A stretch of DNA of 63,635 nt, filler included, from Octopus bimaculoides (GCF_001194135.2; 6 parts of 5 records of this genome joined end to end with filler, not necessarily neighbours in it), one strand, 5' to 3'; counted from the first letter of the whole stretch, positions 21,271-34,967 are shown. A program made the numbers and translations. Notes: a model not told the origin generated them from the letters alone.

Positions 21271-24200
21271 GTCTTATACAACATCCTGTGACTTGGAATA
21301 CCATAAGCATAGACATAATGACAGGAAACCGAGCGAAGTAATTGCAAATATTAGCAATATGGGGTAAGATAGCATGGGTCTCACAAGTATGGATAACAAT
21401 AATTGTAGAAGACATAATGAAAGAAGTCCAAAGAATTCTAATGTAATTAATAAGATCCACGTTAGAAGAAATAACGTAAATGACGACGCAAGTGTTGTAA
21501 ACTCTAATGATAATGACATTGGGGATAGTCATGTCTTTGAGGACAACAACGTTAGCAATGAAAGTAACAAAAAAATAATGACATGATTATGGCAGTCCGA
21601 CTAAGAAGAAAGCTTAACACACATAAGACGAGCCAAGTTGAAAATGGTATGCTAAATAATGTAATTGTAAAATTTCAGAGCAGTATCCCAGCATACCTGC
21701 AGTCCAATGACTGAAATAAGTAGATGATAAAAGACAAGGTACACATACATACATACATACATACATACATACATACATACATACATACATACATACACAC
21801 GTACATACATACTACACACTTTTATTGTTTTTTTTTAGTTGTTTTAATTATTGAACTATGGCCATACATGGGCACCGCCTCGAAGGGTTTTTGTCGAATA
21901 AATCGATTACAGCATTTATTTTAAACTTTGGTACTTATTCTATTGTCTCTTTTTGCCGAAACAGTAGGTTACGGGGACATAAACAAATTAAGGTTGTGTG
22001 TCAAACAATGTGGGAAAATATAAACACAAAGAAGAGCGCGCACACCTACACATACATACATAACATATATAACACGTTGAAACTGTGTGGACTGACTTCC
22101 CAATTGGCAGGCTGCTGGGGTGAAGAATCCTTGTTTGTGAGGATAAAATGTTTAATTTGGGCAGCTCAAGTTGTGATGTCGCTCTGACGCGGTAATTATT
22201 ATGACTATATAGTTCACAGTAGTCATGAGGTTGGGTTTTTGTAGCTGAAGTTTCAACTTGATGGCGACAGTCACCGACCAAGAAATAAAACTAGTAAAAG
22301 ATTGCGCGCGTGCGATTATATATATGCTTGTCTTTATGCTATTAACACATGAACTTTTCAATGACAATTGAATAAATATATGTACACGTACTTATTGATC
22401 TGCGTATACACTTACCGCGTAAGATTTTTAAAGTAGTATTTTAACATTCTTCATTGCAGTGCCGACACACCATGCACTCAGCTAAACGATTTAGATTTTC
22501 AACAAATGGGATTTTAATGCAAACAGATGTTCATAGCGCAATGGAGGTCATATAACAAAATTACAGGAGTACCTCGCGTAGAATGTTAAAAGCAAAATCA
22601 AAAACTAAATCAGTTACACTAAAAGAAGGAAAAAGAAATATATAAAAAAATATACAGATCACTTTGTTTTATTAATGATGATCCGTGTATAACATTTTGA
22701 ACGCTCAAACACCGGTATAGGGCTAAGCCTTTAACATTTCTAAAGGCTTCAATTGTACTTTTAAATATCTGAGGCGTACTTAACCTTGATACTCCCTTGC
22801 GGGAAACCTTTTCAAAAGGACTGAGGTACTTGGTTGCTTCTACCTAGCAGAATTGTGTCATAACTCAGATACAAGCACGTGAGCGGGCATATATGTACCA
22901 TGATGCACACACAAAACATATGCACAGACACTCAGGCTTAGACGCGCAAAGTGCATACTCACACATGCACATGTGCAGATAAGCAGCACAAACATTCAGA
23001 TGCGTGCTTATGAATTAAAAGTGTAATTTCAAATTATGATTACCAGAGCACACATACACATACTTGTAATATGCGTCTATCTATCTATCTATCTATGCAT
23101 ATGTGTGTGTGTGTGTGTGTGTGTGCGTGAGTATATATAGTCACACACAATGTATATAGATAGTTTATTTATGGGTCTCATATACGCAAAGAAAGACTTC
23201 ATTCGACTCACAGAAAATCAAACTTCCATACGCACAGACGCACGCAAGCATACGCGTATTTGAGTGTGGTATGTAGTGACTAGACGTGCACGAATGTAAC
23301 AAAGTACATCTTAATTCTTTCACTGAAAGCATTTATCTAATGAAAGTGTTGAAGAATTGATCTGGATTCACGTAGGGCAATGAGCAATATGTATGTGAAC
23401 TAAAAGAATGAATCTTGAATATATTCATACAAAGGCAATATATATATTTATCATTTGCTAATCTTTCGGGACATTTAAATATTTGTGGGCTACGATATTT
23501 TGTAGAAACTTGAAACAAATGTTGTTTTCCATAAATAGTTTTGGATGAAAAACAAAATAAAATTGTGTTTACCGTATTTCTTTTCCGTTTACAAACATAA
23601 CTGTCGACTAAATTTTTACTAATAATAATAGTGTTGGCTTCCAATTTTGGCGTCAGGCCAGCAATTTTAGGATGTGGTAAGTCGATTACTTCAATACCAG
23701 TGCTCGACTAATATCTATTTTATTCACCTCGAAAGGATGAAAGACAAAGTTAACGTTGCCGGGATTTGAACCCAGAATGTAAAGAGCTGGAACAATATGA
23801 TAATGATGATATTGATGATGATGGTGGTGATGATGATGATGATAATAATTTCTAATATTATATCGAAGATGATTTCTAATATTATATCCAGACTTCAGTA
23901 CTTGATTAATTCTTATTTTATAACCCGAAAATTGGGTGGGTGAGAGTTTGTATAGTCGATGTATTCGAACCCGAGATCTGGAGTAATACGTATATTCTAG
24001 CGACTCCCGAAGCATGAACGGCAGAGCTGACTTCAGGTAGCAATTGAGGTGTAAGGAACTGAAATTTTGCAAAGTGTTTAGTGAGATGCTCCTCCAATTC
24101 TACCAATTCATCGCTCTGATGATAATGTTAATGATTTCTAACATAAGTACATAATAAAACATTTTAGGAAATGTAGGTAGTCAAGTAAATGGTCGCCAAC

Positions 24201-24344
24201 ACTCAATAATTCGAACTTAATTTTATCGAAGTCCGAAGGATTAACAGCAAAGTCAACCATGGTGGTATTTCAATTCGATATTTAAATTATATTACTGTTT
24301 AAAATGTTACAATTTATAAGTAAGACTAGTCATCGAACGATTGT

Positions 24345-24600
24345 CCAAGTCGACCACGCACTTCTGACGAAAATGTGCGAAGAATTCAACAGGCGTTCGA
24401 GCGAAGCCCGCGTAAGTCGACTCACCGAACTAATAGAGTACTTGCATTACCCCACACAGCTGTGTGACATGTGTTTGGCAAAATTAGACCATGAAGCCGT
24501 ACAGTTTACAAATTGTACAAGCTCTTCGTATTGGTGACAGAAGGAAATGTGTTGAATTTAGCAATGCTCTCTTAGAGGACATAGAAGATGACAGTTTTTT
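24345..24600 (+). mobile_element. Tc1/mariner-superfamily transposase fragment
   Basis: Manual translation: TSDENVRRIQQAFERSPRKSTHRTNRVLALPHTAV*HV...KPYSLQIVQALRIGDRRKCVEFSNALLEDIEDDSF, with a stop and a frameshift. Confidence 0.75.
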
Positions 24601-24723
24601 TTGTTTTTTTTTTGCTGCGGTTGATGTTTAGTTTAAGAAGCTACTTTTTATCTAAGCGGTAAATTTAACCGCCACAACGTGCACATATGAGGATTCTTCC
24701 TTGGATGCGTGGAGTCGGTGTCA

Positions 24724-24958
24724 TGCTTACTGTTGCTGTTGTTGTTGCTGCTGCCGCTGCTGCTGTTGGTGCCGTTGTTTTTGCTGTCGTTGTTGCTGTT
24801 GTTGTTGTTGCTGCTGCCGTTGCAGTTATAGTTGTCGATGTTGTTACTGCCGTCGGTGCCGCAGTAGTTGCTTCTGCTGCTGCTGTCAACGCTGCTGTTG
24901 CTGTTGCTGTTGCCGCTGTCGACGATGTTGCTGCTGCTGTTGTTGTTGTTGCTGCTGG
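24724..24958. repeat. Compound (GTT/GCT/GCC)n trinucleotide tract
   Basis: Read directly. It generates the poly-Ala/Val, poly-Cys and poly-Asn ORFs in the track. Confidence 0.95.
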
Positions 24959-25329
24959 TCCAAAGAAATATATTAGATGCGCAGGAACTTCCTTTAAGCA
25001 ACGTCTTTCCAACCACAGATCCTCCTTCAGGGTCCCGGAAAGGAAAAATGTAACATCGCTGGCCAGCTATATCTGGCAACAGAGGGAAGATGGAATTCCA
25101 TACTTGATATGGAAAATTCTACATAAACGGAACGAATCGTGGCAAGCTTTGCGTAGCCGAACACATGGAAATCCTGAAAAGCTCGCGCTTACCAGAGACC
25201 ATACTGAACTTCAGAACGGAGATTTTCGGGCTGTGCTTGCATTTCAGGGGATTCCTGTTAGCGTTTTGGAAACCGTATAATAACGATAATATCGGTATTG
25301 ACGATAATTACACCACTGCTGGAAATTAA
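24955..25329 (+). mobile_element. Penelope-like element GIY-YIG endonuclease C-terminus, Naiad-like, frameshifted
   Basis: KYIRCAGTSFKQRLSNHRSSFR...TSLASYIWQQREDGIPYLIWKILH, then after a frameshift RGKLCVAEHMEIL...ILNFRTEIFGLCLHF, i.e. the C..C...LN.R.E...C.H Zn-finger pattern. Stop at 25327-25329. Confidence 0.8.
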
Positions 25330-26176
25330 TTGCTGATGAGAGTAGGGGATAATCCCTTACATTTTACCCTCATAACTGACAAGTAGCGTGACTGAAAGAG
25401 GACGACACAGCCAAAGCCGATGACCAGCACCAAAGGGAGATAATTCCCATTGTTTATATCCGTATTCTTTCCCCCTCCATATTTTAAAGAGGCCATTGAC
25501 CAACAGGTCTTAGGGTCTGGAGAATAAGTCTCTCTTATCGTAAAAAGGTGTAAGAACACCATATCTGTCCAGTGCTGCTCCCTGTCGGATTCCAAGGCAT
25601 ATTACTAACTATTTAGCCGTTATAAATGGGAAATTCCGAAGGGAGGCAACGCTGGACAGACTTAATTAAAGCCGTAGCTTTAACTAAAGCACACTCAAAA
25701 ACATTGACTGTGTTGCACCATTTGCACCATTTGCACCGTTTGCACCAAGGTAGTGTTTACAGCAGTATCAGCAGTTGAAATATGTCATAAACATATTTTA
25801 ACAAACCTAAATTTAGCTTATGTTAACAACCAGCACTGCTTTGCTAATTTGTATGTCAGAGCATTTATTGAAGCTGCGTAATACTTTACGAAAGTGATGA
25901 GCATGTTTGTGAAAAACTTCATCGATAAATTTATACAGGATCTATTTGTACAACAGGATTAATGATTTGTTTGTTACCAGCAATCATGTACATTTATCGG
26001 CAGTGTCGGTAATGTAGTTATTCATTCCTCAAACCAATGAATGAATCGAGATTCTCAGGGTCTCTGTAGATCGAATGTCAACTTGATAATAAACTCACAA
26101 ACTAGTTGTACTAATTATTTTACTACTTATTTTATTTGTACTAATTACTTTTTTTTGTTGTTTCGTTTCTTTGCAG

Positions 26177-26501
26177 TGCTCAAGACTACTGTATATACAT
26201 CCACAATTTGAATTTGTGTCCATGGAAATCCACAGCCGGTGTTCAATGGTCTGCGTGGAATGAACTTTGTTTTAATGGTGTGCGTATAAGAATGAGACAC
26301 TGTTTAACTTCAGATCAAGCAGCATGTGCATGCAGTGGCGTACCTATAGAAATTGATGCATGTCCATCAGGAAATAGGGTAGCATCTATCCGTGAAGATA
26401 TTGTAAAACGAGTCAAGGATTTAGTGTTGGAGTATTACATAAATGGTGTATACAAGGGCTCTCAGTCACTGAAAGAAATAATAGAAATAGCTTTGCAATA
26501 A
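26177..26501 (+). CDS. Exon encoding a thrombospondin type 1 (TSP1) repeat; probably a terminal coding exon
   Basis: Strong acceptor TTTCGTTTCTTTGCAG|T. The phase-2 frame reads AQDYCIYIHNLNLCPWKSTAGVQWSAWNELCFNGVRIRMRHCLTSDQAACACSGVPIEIDACPSGNR...ALQ*, with the WSxW..C..G.R.R.R.C TSP1 signature. No good donor lies before the stop. Confidence 0.8.
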
Positions 26502-26869
26502 CCAGTTTTGTTAAAGAAGCAAAAAGTAGAAGTATTTTCATTGGTAAAGCGGTCAAAAATTGAGTCATGTATTTAGCATATTATTTTGAATACTACACAT
26601 ATGCATAATTATGCAGACATATGCACGCACGCACACACATCGCACACACACACACACATCGCACACACACACACTTGTACACATATTTATCCTCCCCCTC
26701 CCCCTCTCTCTCTATATATATACACCTATTGATTCAAATACATACATTTTTACTTATATGTATAGTATAAATATATATGTACATATGAATATAAAGGTAT
26801 GTACGTATGTATATGTATCTATCCATCCATCCATCCACCCATCCATCCATCCATCCATCCATCCATCCA

Positions 26870-26916
<47 letters not shown>

Positions 26917-27458
26917 NNNNNNNNNNNNNNNNNNNNNNNNNNNNNNNNNNNNNNNNNNNNNNNTATATATATATATATTAAAACAGTGGACAGAATTTAA
27001 GCATAAGTTCTACAAGTGAAGATTCTGTCATTCCAAATAGTTGTATAAGAGTTCTTTCGAAGGTTTGCTCTGCGTACGCTATTCTAATTCTCAAGTCATC
27101 TGATGTTCTGTTGTTAGAAAACATCGAAGTCAGTGATACCCAATAAAGTATTTATCCATTTCTCTTGTATTGAGTCATTTTTTAAAATTTTAACTAACCT
27201 TACTGCAACTGTATCTCATTTTTAAAACAAAGACTTCGTCTCTCTGCACTACTTATCTGTCTGTCTGTCTGTCTGTCTGTCTGTGTATCTATGTAACTAA
27301 TCTCACACTCTCTCCCATTCTCTCTATGTATTTGTGTGTGTGTATATGAATGTATCAAAACACGTGACTGGAAAATATTTTTGGTATCATTTACATACTA
27401 TGTATGTATGTACCTATATATTTAAACATATGTACACACACATACATAGATACATACG

Positions 27459-27503
<45 letters not shown>

Positions 27504-27589
27504 GCTGTTTGTCGCATTGACTCCCGTAAGTTTAAGTAATTTTTCGGTTTTATTCATGTGTATCTGTATTTATCTCTGTTAAAGAGGTA

Positions 27590-28510
27590 CCTAACAACTT
27601 TAACGTGGCCTCGAGCGAAGCTTTCACTTGAGAATTTACCCTTCAAGGGTGAATTTTCAAATTTTAAAATCTTATTTAATAATTGTCTAGAAAAATGGAT
27701 ATTCCTTCTAAGACTGCCAGCGTTCCCATCCTTGAATTAGAACTGGAATTTCCACTCTTGCTATCAACGAAAAGACAAGTGGTAAAGGAAGGCAGAAACA
27801 ATGAAAACGCTCATAAAACAATGAACAGTGCAACCACGACTATCACTTCTCTTGTCACCACCTCTATCACTTCTGTCACGAAAACTGCTACCACCAACAA
27901 CAATGTCACAGATAAACTAAATAATTTTGCTTCTGTTTTAAAGCAAATGAAATATTTAATGTCTTTCTCAACGGAAGAATTTCTACAATCTAAACAATTA
28001 TTATACAAAGAAAACAGAACCATTAAATATTTTGCAAGACATCCCCCCACCCACAATAATTTACAAAACTCTGAGCCTAAAAAATAAAAGATTAGAACAG
28101 TCCAATCAAGAAACAGTTGAGAAATGTCTACAGCCCATATAGGCTTTTAAAACATATTGCAAGAAACAAAAGATTTGCCACGATTGAGATAAGATTTGAT
28201 ACGAAAGAACGCGCTAAGGAACACTCGACAAAAAGCCTGGAATGCGGGGAATTTATAATGATTCCCACTTACTTCGGTCGACGAGTGACAAAGATAAAAA
28301 TTAAAGATGTGCTCCCTGAAATAGAAATAATATGGCTAGTGTCAGCCATCTGTTATGATTTTGTAGATCAAATCAACATAAAAATTGTCGTCTTGTTACG
28401 GCAAAACTGGATTGGATAGGGGTTGGCTTTGCTGATTCAGGCTAATCAGGAGGCAATCGAAAATTTCCCAAATTTGATTCAACTTTCAGATGGCACAACC
28501 CTACGAATGG
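27590..28510 (+). mobile_element. Non-LTR retrotransposon ORF1 (gag-like) remnant
   Basis: Broken ORFs 27683-28087 and 28117-28419 (IEIRFDTKERAKEHST...PTYFGRRVTKIKIKDVLPEIEIIWLVSA) resemble L1/Tx1-type ORF1s recalled from octopus; this is family-level recollection only. Confidence 0.5.
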
Positions 28511-29128
28511 CACAACCCTACAAAGAATAAGCTCTCGGGTCGATGTGCTCGACTAAAGGCGGTGCTCCAGCATGGCCGCAGTCAAATGACTGAGACAAGT
28601 AAAGAATATAAGTAGATCCGGCACAGGATTGGTTTAAGGTAAGGCACAAACGGAGTTTAAAATTTACGACAATTGTTTCGGCAGGATTTTATTTATGTAT
28701 TCACAGATTACACAATAGCTTGAATTTTCCTTCTTCAGGTAAAATTTTAAACAGCTATAAAGAAGTGAGGTAAAGCTTTGATGATGATATATCCAACAAC
28801 TTGGATGGATAAGTGTTATTTTAAAACAGAGCATTCGAAGTTATGAAGAAATCAAAATTATAACGCTATGCGAGAAACAAAGAGATCAAACAACTCTATT
28901 ATTTCGAAGTGATATCTAAATTAGTTTATAACCATATCTTGCTATGAAAGTAGACAAGCTGTAGCCAAGATATGTCATTAAGGTAATTGAAACCAGGAAG
29001 ATATCCTTTTAGTTGAGATAAATTAAAACAGACCCCAGGACAACAGGAACGCATAAAACTGTCATTACCTTTTCACACTTTTACACATAAACACATACAA
29101 ACATATGTATTCATATGTACACACACAT

Positions 29129-29171
<43 letters not shown>

Positions 29172-29257
29172 AATGCATACATATATATATGCACAAACGC
29201 ATACATATACGTATATGCATACACATATATATACATATATATATTTATATGTATATA

Positions 29258-29332
<75 letters not shown>

Positions 29333-29974
29333 TATATGTAAATATATATATATACATATATGTACAAAGATATATATATATATATATGTATATTCATGCT
29401 CATTCACACAGATATACACACACGCGCACATACACTGTCCTGCGTTTATATATTGATTTAAAACAGACTTACAAACCAAATAATCGCGTGTAAAAATATA
29501 TATATATAAGAAACAAGAAAATCGTATAGAAAGAATTAAGAAATCATGCACCATATCAGATATGTAACAATTTATAGAATATAGAAACAGCAAACTAATA
29601 TAATGAGAATGAGTAATCCCGAGGCCAATGACATAATGTAATGTCTCAAACAATACCTGAATGTTTAAATAATATATTCAAATATGTCAGAGAGTATGCA
29701 TGAAGGAAAATTAAGAAGTATTATTCGATGCCTGTTAGGTAATTTGTTTAAAATGGGAAAACGGGTTTCCAATATGAAGTGAGAATAATAGAGAAAAAAG
29801 GCAATGGGGGAGATTAGGTGATAAAGAAGTGAAGACAGACAAATAGATAGATGCAGACAAGGTGGCGCACCTAATACGGTGACATTAGGGGGTGGGAACA
29901 GAAACGGGGTACTTGGCATTACATTAATTAATAATGGTAACATATTTTAGGGAATGACGAACGAACGTTACACA

Positions 29975-30230
29975 CACACTTATTCTATCGATATATTCCG
30001 CCGAACCGCTAAGTTACGGGGGGCGTAAACACGCCAACATCGGTTTTTAAGCGATAGTGTGTGTGGGGGGAGGGGAATAAATACAGGTACAAATACACAC
30101 ACACATATAGGACAGGCTTCTTTAAGTTTCCATCAACCAAATCTACTGACATGGCTTTGCCCAAGGTGTTACGCAGGGGGACTGAACCCGCAACCATGTG
30201 GTTGGGAAGCAAGCTTCTTAGCACACATCC
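29975..30230 (-). mobile_element. SINE family A, partial
   Basis: CTGAACCCGCAACCATGTGGTTGGGAAGCAAGCTTCTTAGCACAC is the reverse complement of the family A head. Confidence 0.85.
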
Positions 30231-30413
30231 ACGCTATATGTATATATAGATGTACATGTATATATAAGTGTTTATATATGTGTGTATGTATATATGTGTA
30301 TATAAGTATATATGTATATGTATCTATATATATGTATATATATGTATATATACCTATATGTATGTATATATATGTATATATACCTATATATATTTGTATA
30401 TATGTATAAATAA

Positions 30414-30514
<101 letters not shown>

Positions 30515-30873
30515 CACACATATATACATATACATCTATATATATACATTTATATATATACATAAATATATACATATATACACATATATATAGATACACA
30601 TATATACATACATATATATATATGCACACACACATATATATACATATATATATACGCACATATAAGTATATATGTATATATACGTATACATATAGAAATA
30701 TTTGTTAATGCTTACGATTGTTATCAATTTGTGCGTACATTTGTTCTTTTGAATTTTCATTTGCGAGTCGTTTCCTGTAGACACATGCATTGGCCGGTCA
30801 GCGGATGACGTTGTTTGCCGTAGGTTATAATGGGGGGAATGTATTTTATATATGTATATATGGGCATACGTTT

Positions 30874-30941
<68 letters not shown>

Positions 30942-31384
30942 AATATCTTTACTTTATAAAATACAATAGTCGTTTAGGGTTTGTTTGAACGTCCTGTTGT
31001 GTGTTTTGTATTCTGTTTTCTTTTTATTCCTTAATAGGTTTAATGTTTCCATGGTTTGTTTATCATTTCGAAATAAGCGATACAAAGAATAAAGATCATT
31101 TGACGAGGCACATCTGCACCAAATGATGCACCACAACTATTTGTACAGAATCTCACGCGCGAGGGACCGATGCACGATGTGCCGAAACGGTCGTAGTGAT
31201 TAATAAAGAACCTCATGAATTTTCTTTCTTTCTATCATATGTTATAAATTCTTCGGACACGAAGGAATTCCTGAAGTAAATCCAGTGGCATTTATATTCA
31301 TACTGGTGATGACATCAGGTAGTCGAATACAGTGAACGGGCTTTAAACGGCATACTACAAGGTATACGCCCAATTTCATAATTA

Positions 31385-31430
<46 letters not shown>

Positions 31431-32158
31431 ACACATACACATTGATACACGCATGTAAATGCATTAGCTTAATTACTGCATAAATTAACAGGGCATATAC
31501 AATAATTAATTAGTCCTAAAATTACAGAAGTAAGTAGAGCATATATGTTTATTTCTTAGCTGCAAGAAGTATAATAGAGAACAATATATTTTTCAGAAAT
31601 ATACCTAATTTTATGATGGTGTGCTCAACAATCAAACCATTAGGTCATTCGATTTCATACATTCAAATACACGTTTGTTTAAGAATTTGTTTACGCATAT
31701 ACATTTATGTATATGTATGTGCATCTATGTACGTACGTACATACGTACGCACGTACGTATGTATGAATGTATGTATGTATGTATGTATGTATATATGTAT
31801 GTATGTTTATATCTATGTAAGTGTTTATGTATGTATGAATATGTACGTTTATTATATGTGTGTATATATATAATGAGTTACACTTCATCGCAGATCAGTC
31901 TTGCATAGAAAATTCAAGAGTACACACATACATGAAACAAGAGTACACACATACATGAAACATGTACGCGCGCGCGCACACACACACATATGACGCACAC
32001 ATACATAGATTCATACGCACACAGACGTACACACACACGTGTGTGGGTCTGCTCTCAAGCAGATAGACAAAAGGAGTCAAACAAAACTCACATACATTGG
32101 TGAGTTTCGCTTCGACGCTTATAAAAAGGCACTCAAATGTAAATTCAAAAGTACACAT

Positions 32159-32201
<43 letters not shown>

Positions 32202-32619
32202 CGTCACGCACACACGCAAACACACACAGAAACACGCACACAAACACGCACACACACATATACTTCGCTCACACGCGCGCACATACACATACCTATGCAA
32301 GCACGCACACATACGTATATAACCAAGTTAGAAAATAATATAAGTCGATCAATGATATGAATATAGATAAATACGTTACGGAGTGATGAATGGATGACGT
32401 AAGCCGAGAATTCACAAATTCATGAAATTTCATTCTTAGCTAGACAAAAGCAACAAAATGCTAAAGGGAATTTTCAGCAACAGTCAAATTTAATGGAAAA
32501 TAATTTCAAGAAATTGAAAATTACTTTCTCAAAATTATCTTATATTAGTGAAGATCTGAGATTATTTGCAAGCATACATAAGCTACATACTCGCACTCAC
32601 ACACAGATATATACATACG

Positions 32620-33537
32620 CATACACGTTATTCGGGTAACATAAAAATCTGGAGTTCTGGAGCTGATGAAATCTTTGAACGGACTTTCAGCATAGGTTTG
32701 ATTTTTGAACTCCTTCTCTCCCAGGAAACGAAGAAGGTGCTTGAAAAAGTGATAGTCGGCAGGAGAAAGGTGTAAGGAATAAGCTGGGAGGGGAAGAACT
32801 TCGTAGCCAAGTTCCCTCAACTTCTGAAGCATCATTAGTGAAACGTGTGGTCGAGCATTGTCATGAAGAATGACCAGCCCTCTTTTGTTGAGCAATCTGG
32901 GACGGAGGAGTTGCTGTTTTTCGTTCATTTTGGCAATTTCATGGCAGTATGTTTCTGCAGTAATAGTTTTCTGTGTTTTAAGAAGTTATAGTGGATGGGA
33001 CCTGCATTACACCACCAAACAGTCACTATAGCCTTCTTTTGGAAGAGCTTGGGTTTACGGAAGGGTTTCGGTGCTTCATTTTCGTCCAACCACTGCAGAA
33101 AACATTTTTTATTATCGTACAGAATCCAATTTTCATCGCAAGTTACAATACGGTCGAGGAATGGATCGGTTTGTTTACGGAGAAGAAGTGACGAGCAAAT
33201 TTCATATCTGTGTATTTTCTGATTTTCACTCAAATCGCGTGACACAAATTCGTCGAGCTTTTTTGATTTTCCGATCGCATGCAAATGGTCGCAGTCAGTT
33301 TTATGGTTAACTTGAAGTTCTTTTGCCAGTTCTCGAGTGGTTTTTACGTGGATCTTTCTCAATGATGGTCTTTAATTGACCGTTATTGATGACAGATGGG
33401 CGTCTACTACCCTCACGATCTTCAAAGCTCAGGTCTCCAATGCGAAATCGTTTAAACCATTTTCAAGCTGACCACTCACTGGTCATTCCTTCACCATTCA
33501 AAACTCTGGAAAAATCCGGTGCAAATTCCTCATGGTT
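32620..33537 (-). mobile_element. Mariner (DD34D, SETMAR-like) transposase pseudogene
   Basis: FLDRIVTCDENWILYDN, ILHDNARPHV and PAYSLHLSPADYHFF motifs in ORFs 32925-33362 and 32545-32928, which are frameshifted. Confidence 0.95.
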
Positions 33538-34422
33538 NNNNNNNNNNAAAATACTAAAAAATTTTAAAAGGGTTTTGTATGATTGTGTATAGAGGAATAT
33601 ATTATTTAAAAGAGCTCCAACTCTGTTTTTTATGTTTTATTTATATTCTCATAAAATTAATGTCGGATATAGAATATGGAATATATAATATAAATAGTAA
33701 AATGAAATGAAGTATTGAATGTCTTATTGAATATATGAAATATTGAGTATTAAATATAGAGTATTAAATATAACATATATATATATATAGACGACCACGG
33801 CGGAATTTGAACTCAGAACGTCAAGACGGACGAAAGACCGTAAATCATTTTGCCCGCCTTATAGTATATTGTTTTATTTTTGATATATCATGTTAAGCAG
33901 ATGCTACCTGTACTTAAAATTCTGACCCAGTTATGCACAACTCTTATAGTACCAACGATCACAACAACAACAAGAACAACATAAACTAGTATTCCTTTTT
34001 TCTTAATTTTCATACATTTTTTCTTTGTTTAGCCTGTACAAATAGGCAATGGGCTGTAACGACAAAAGGAAACAAAGCAGAAAGAGAAATAGAATGAAGA
34101 GGAGGGGGAAGAGGTGAATAAGACAAGAAAGAACTAAATAAATATATAAAGACGAAACACTGTCTGAGAAATGAAAAGAAATCATAATTATTTTGCTTTC
34201 CACGCTGTTGGCTTGTCACAATATATATGTAAGAGGGATGCACGAAGTGATTATCTTGATCATTAGTAGTTATAGCAGTCATTAATTTCAATAGTGTTCG
34301 TACATATGAAAAACAAAGCAAAACAAAAACTTGTTTTATAACTATTATTATTACTTTTAATTCCATAAGCCATCGATTAATCCGAACGTTTGCAGGATTT
34401 TCCTCCATCAAAGGGGTAAAAA

Positions 34423-34427
34423 ATGAG
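34423..34427 (+). CDS. Start-codon exon (whole exon 34396-34427) of a candidate secreted-protein gene
   Basis: TTTGCAG|GATTTTCCTCCATCAAAGGGGTAAAAAATGAG|GTAAGG. A-rich context before the ATG, and a phase-2 end that joins 36866 in frame. Confidence 0.55.
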
Positions 34428-34928
34428 GTAAGGCTGTGGCAAAATTTTTTAAAAACTGTTCATAGGTTACTGTTTTTAATCTTTATTCATAAATTTTTAT
34501 TCATACACTTCACACGTTTACTCTTTTGCTGCTTTTTATCTCTTGCACTGTGGTCATGCTGGAAGCCCGCCTTGATGGGTCTATTCCATCATATCGACAC
34601 TAATACTTATTTGAGTGTGATACGTTTTCATCACTTTCTGTATTACGGTATACAAAGGAACATAACAGAAATAACACCAGTTTTTACATCGGTATCTAAC
34701 CAAAGCACAAACACGCACGCACGAACGCACGAAGACATACACACACATAGGCACGCGCGCATCAATGTATTTATCATGAGTTTCTGTATAGTATTTATCT
34801 ACCAATTTTCATTCGCAAGAAATTAATCTGTTTCAGACTTTAGTAGGAAAATACATGCCTAAAGTATTACGTTTGGAATAGTACAGGGAATCATGTCGTC
34901 GCAAGGCAAAAATTATAATCACACATAT

Positions 34929-34967
<39 letters not shown>

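Noticed and set aside
22245-22371. Globin-like start MATVTDQEIKLVKDC after a good acceptor
   Set aside because: The invariant A-helix Trp and later globin residues are absent, the ORF ends after 36 aa, and no convincing donor was found.
24687-24958. Ala/Val-rich N-terminus fused to the GIY-YIG in the 197-aa ORF
   Set aside because: A trinucleotide microsatellite that happens to be in frame.
25333-25380. SECIS element downstream of the Naiad-like ORF
   Set aside because: The ATGA..AA..GA spacing fits loosely, but the stem above the quartet does not pair; ATGAG pairs with CTCAT instead.
25713-25747. Short tandem duplications (TTTGCACCA x4; also near 10668, 23849, 28483, 31916, 56957)
   Set aside because: Ordinary slippage duplications with no spacers; not CRISPR-like.
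28707-28769. Possible small exon(s) around TTCTTCAG/GTAAAA
   Set aside because: The same AG can be read as an exon end or an acceptor, and neither reading could be linked in frame to neighbouring exons. It might be a 5' UTR exon, but this is unsupported.
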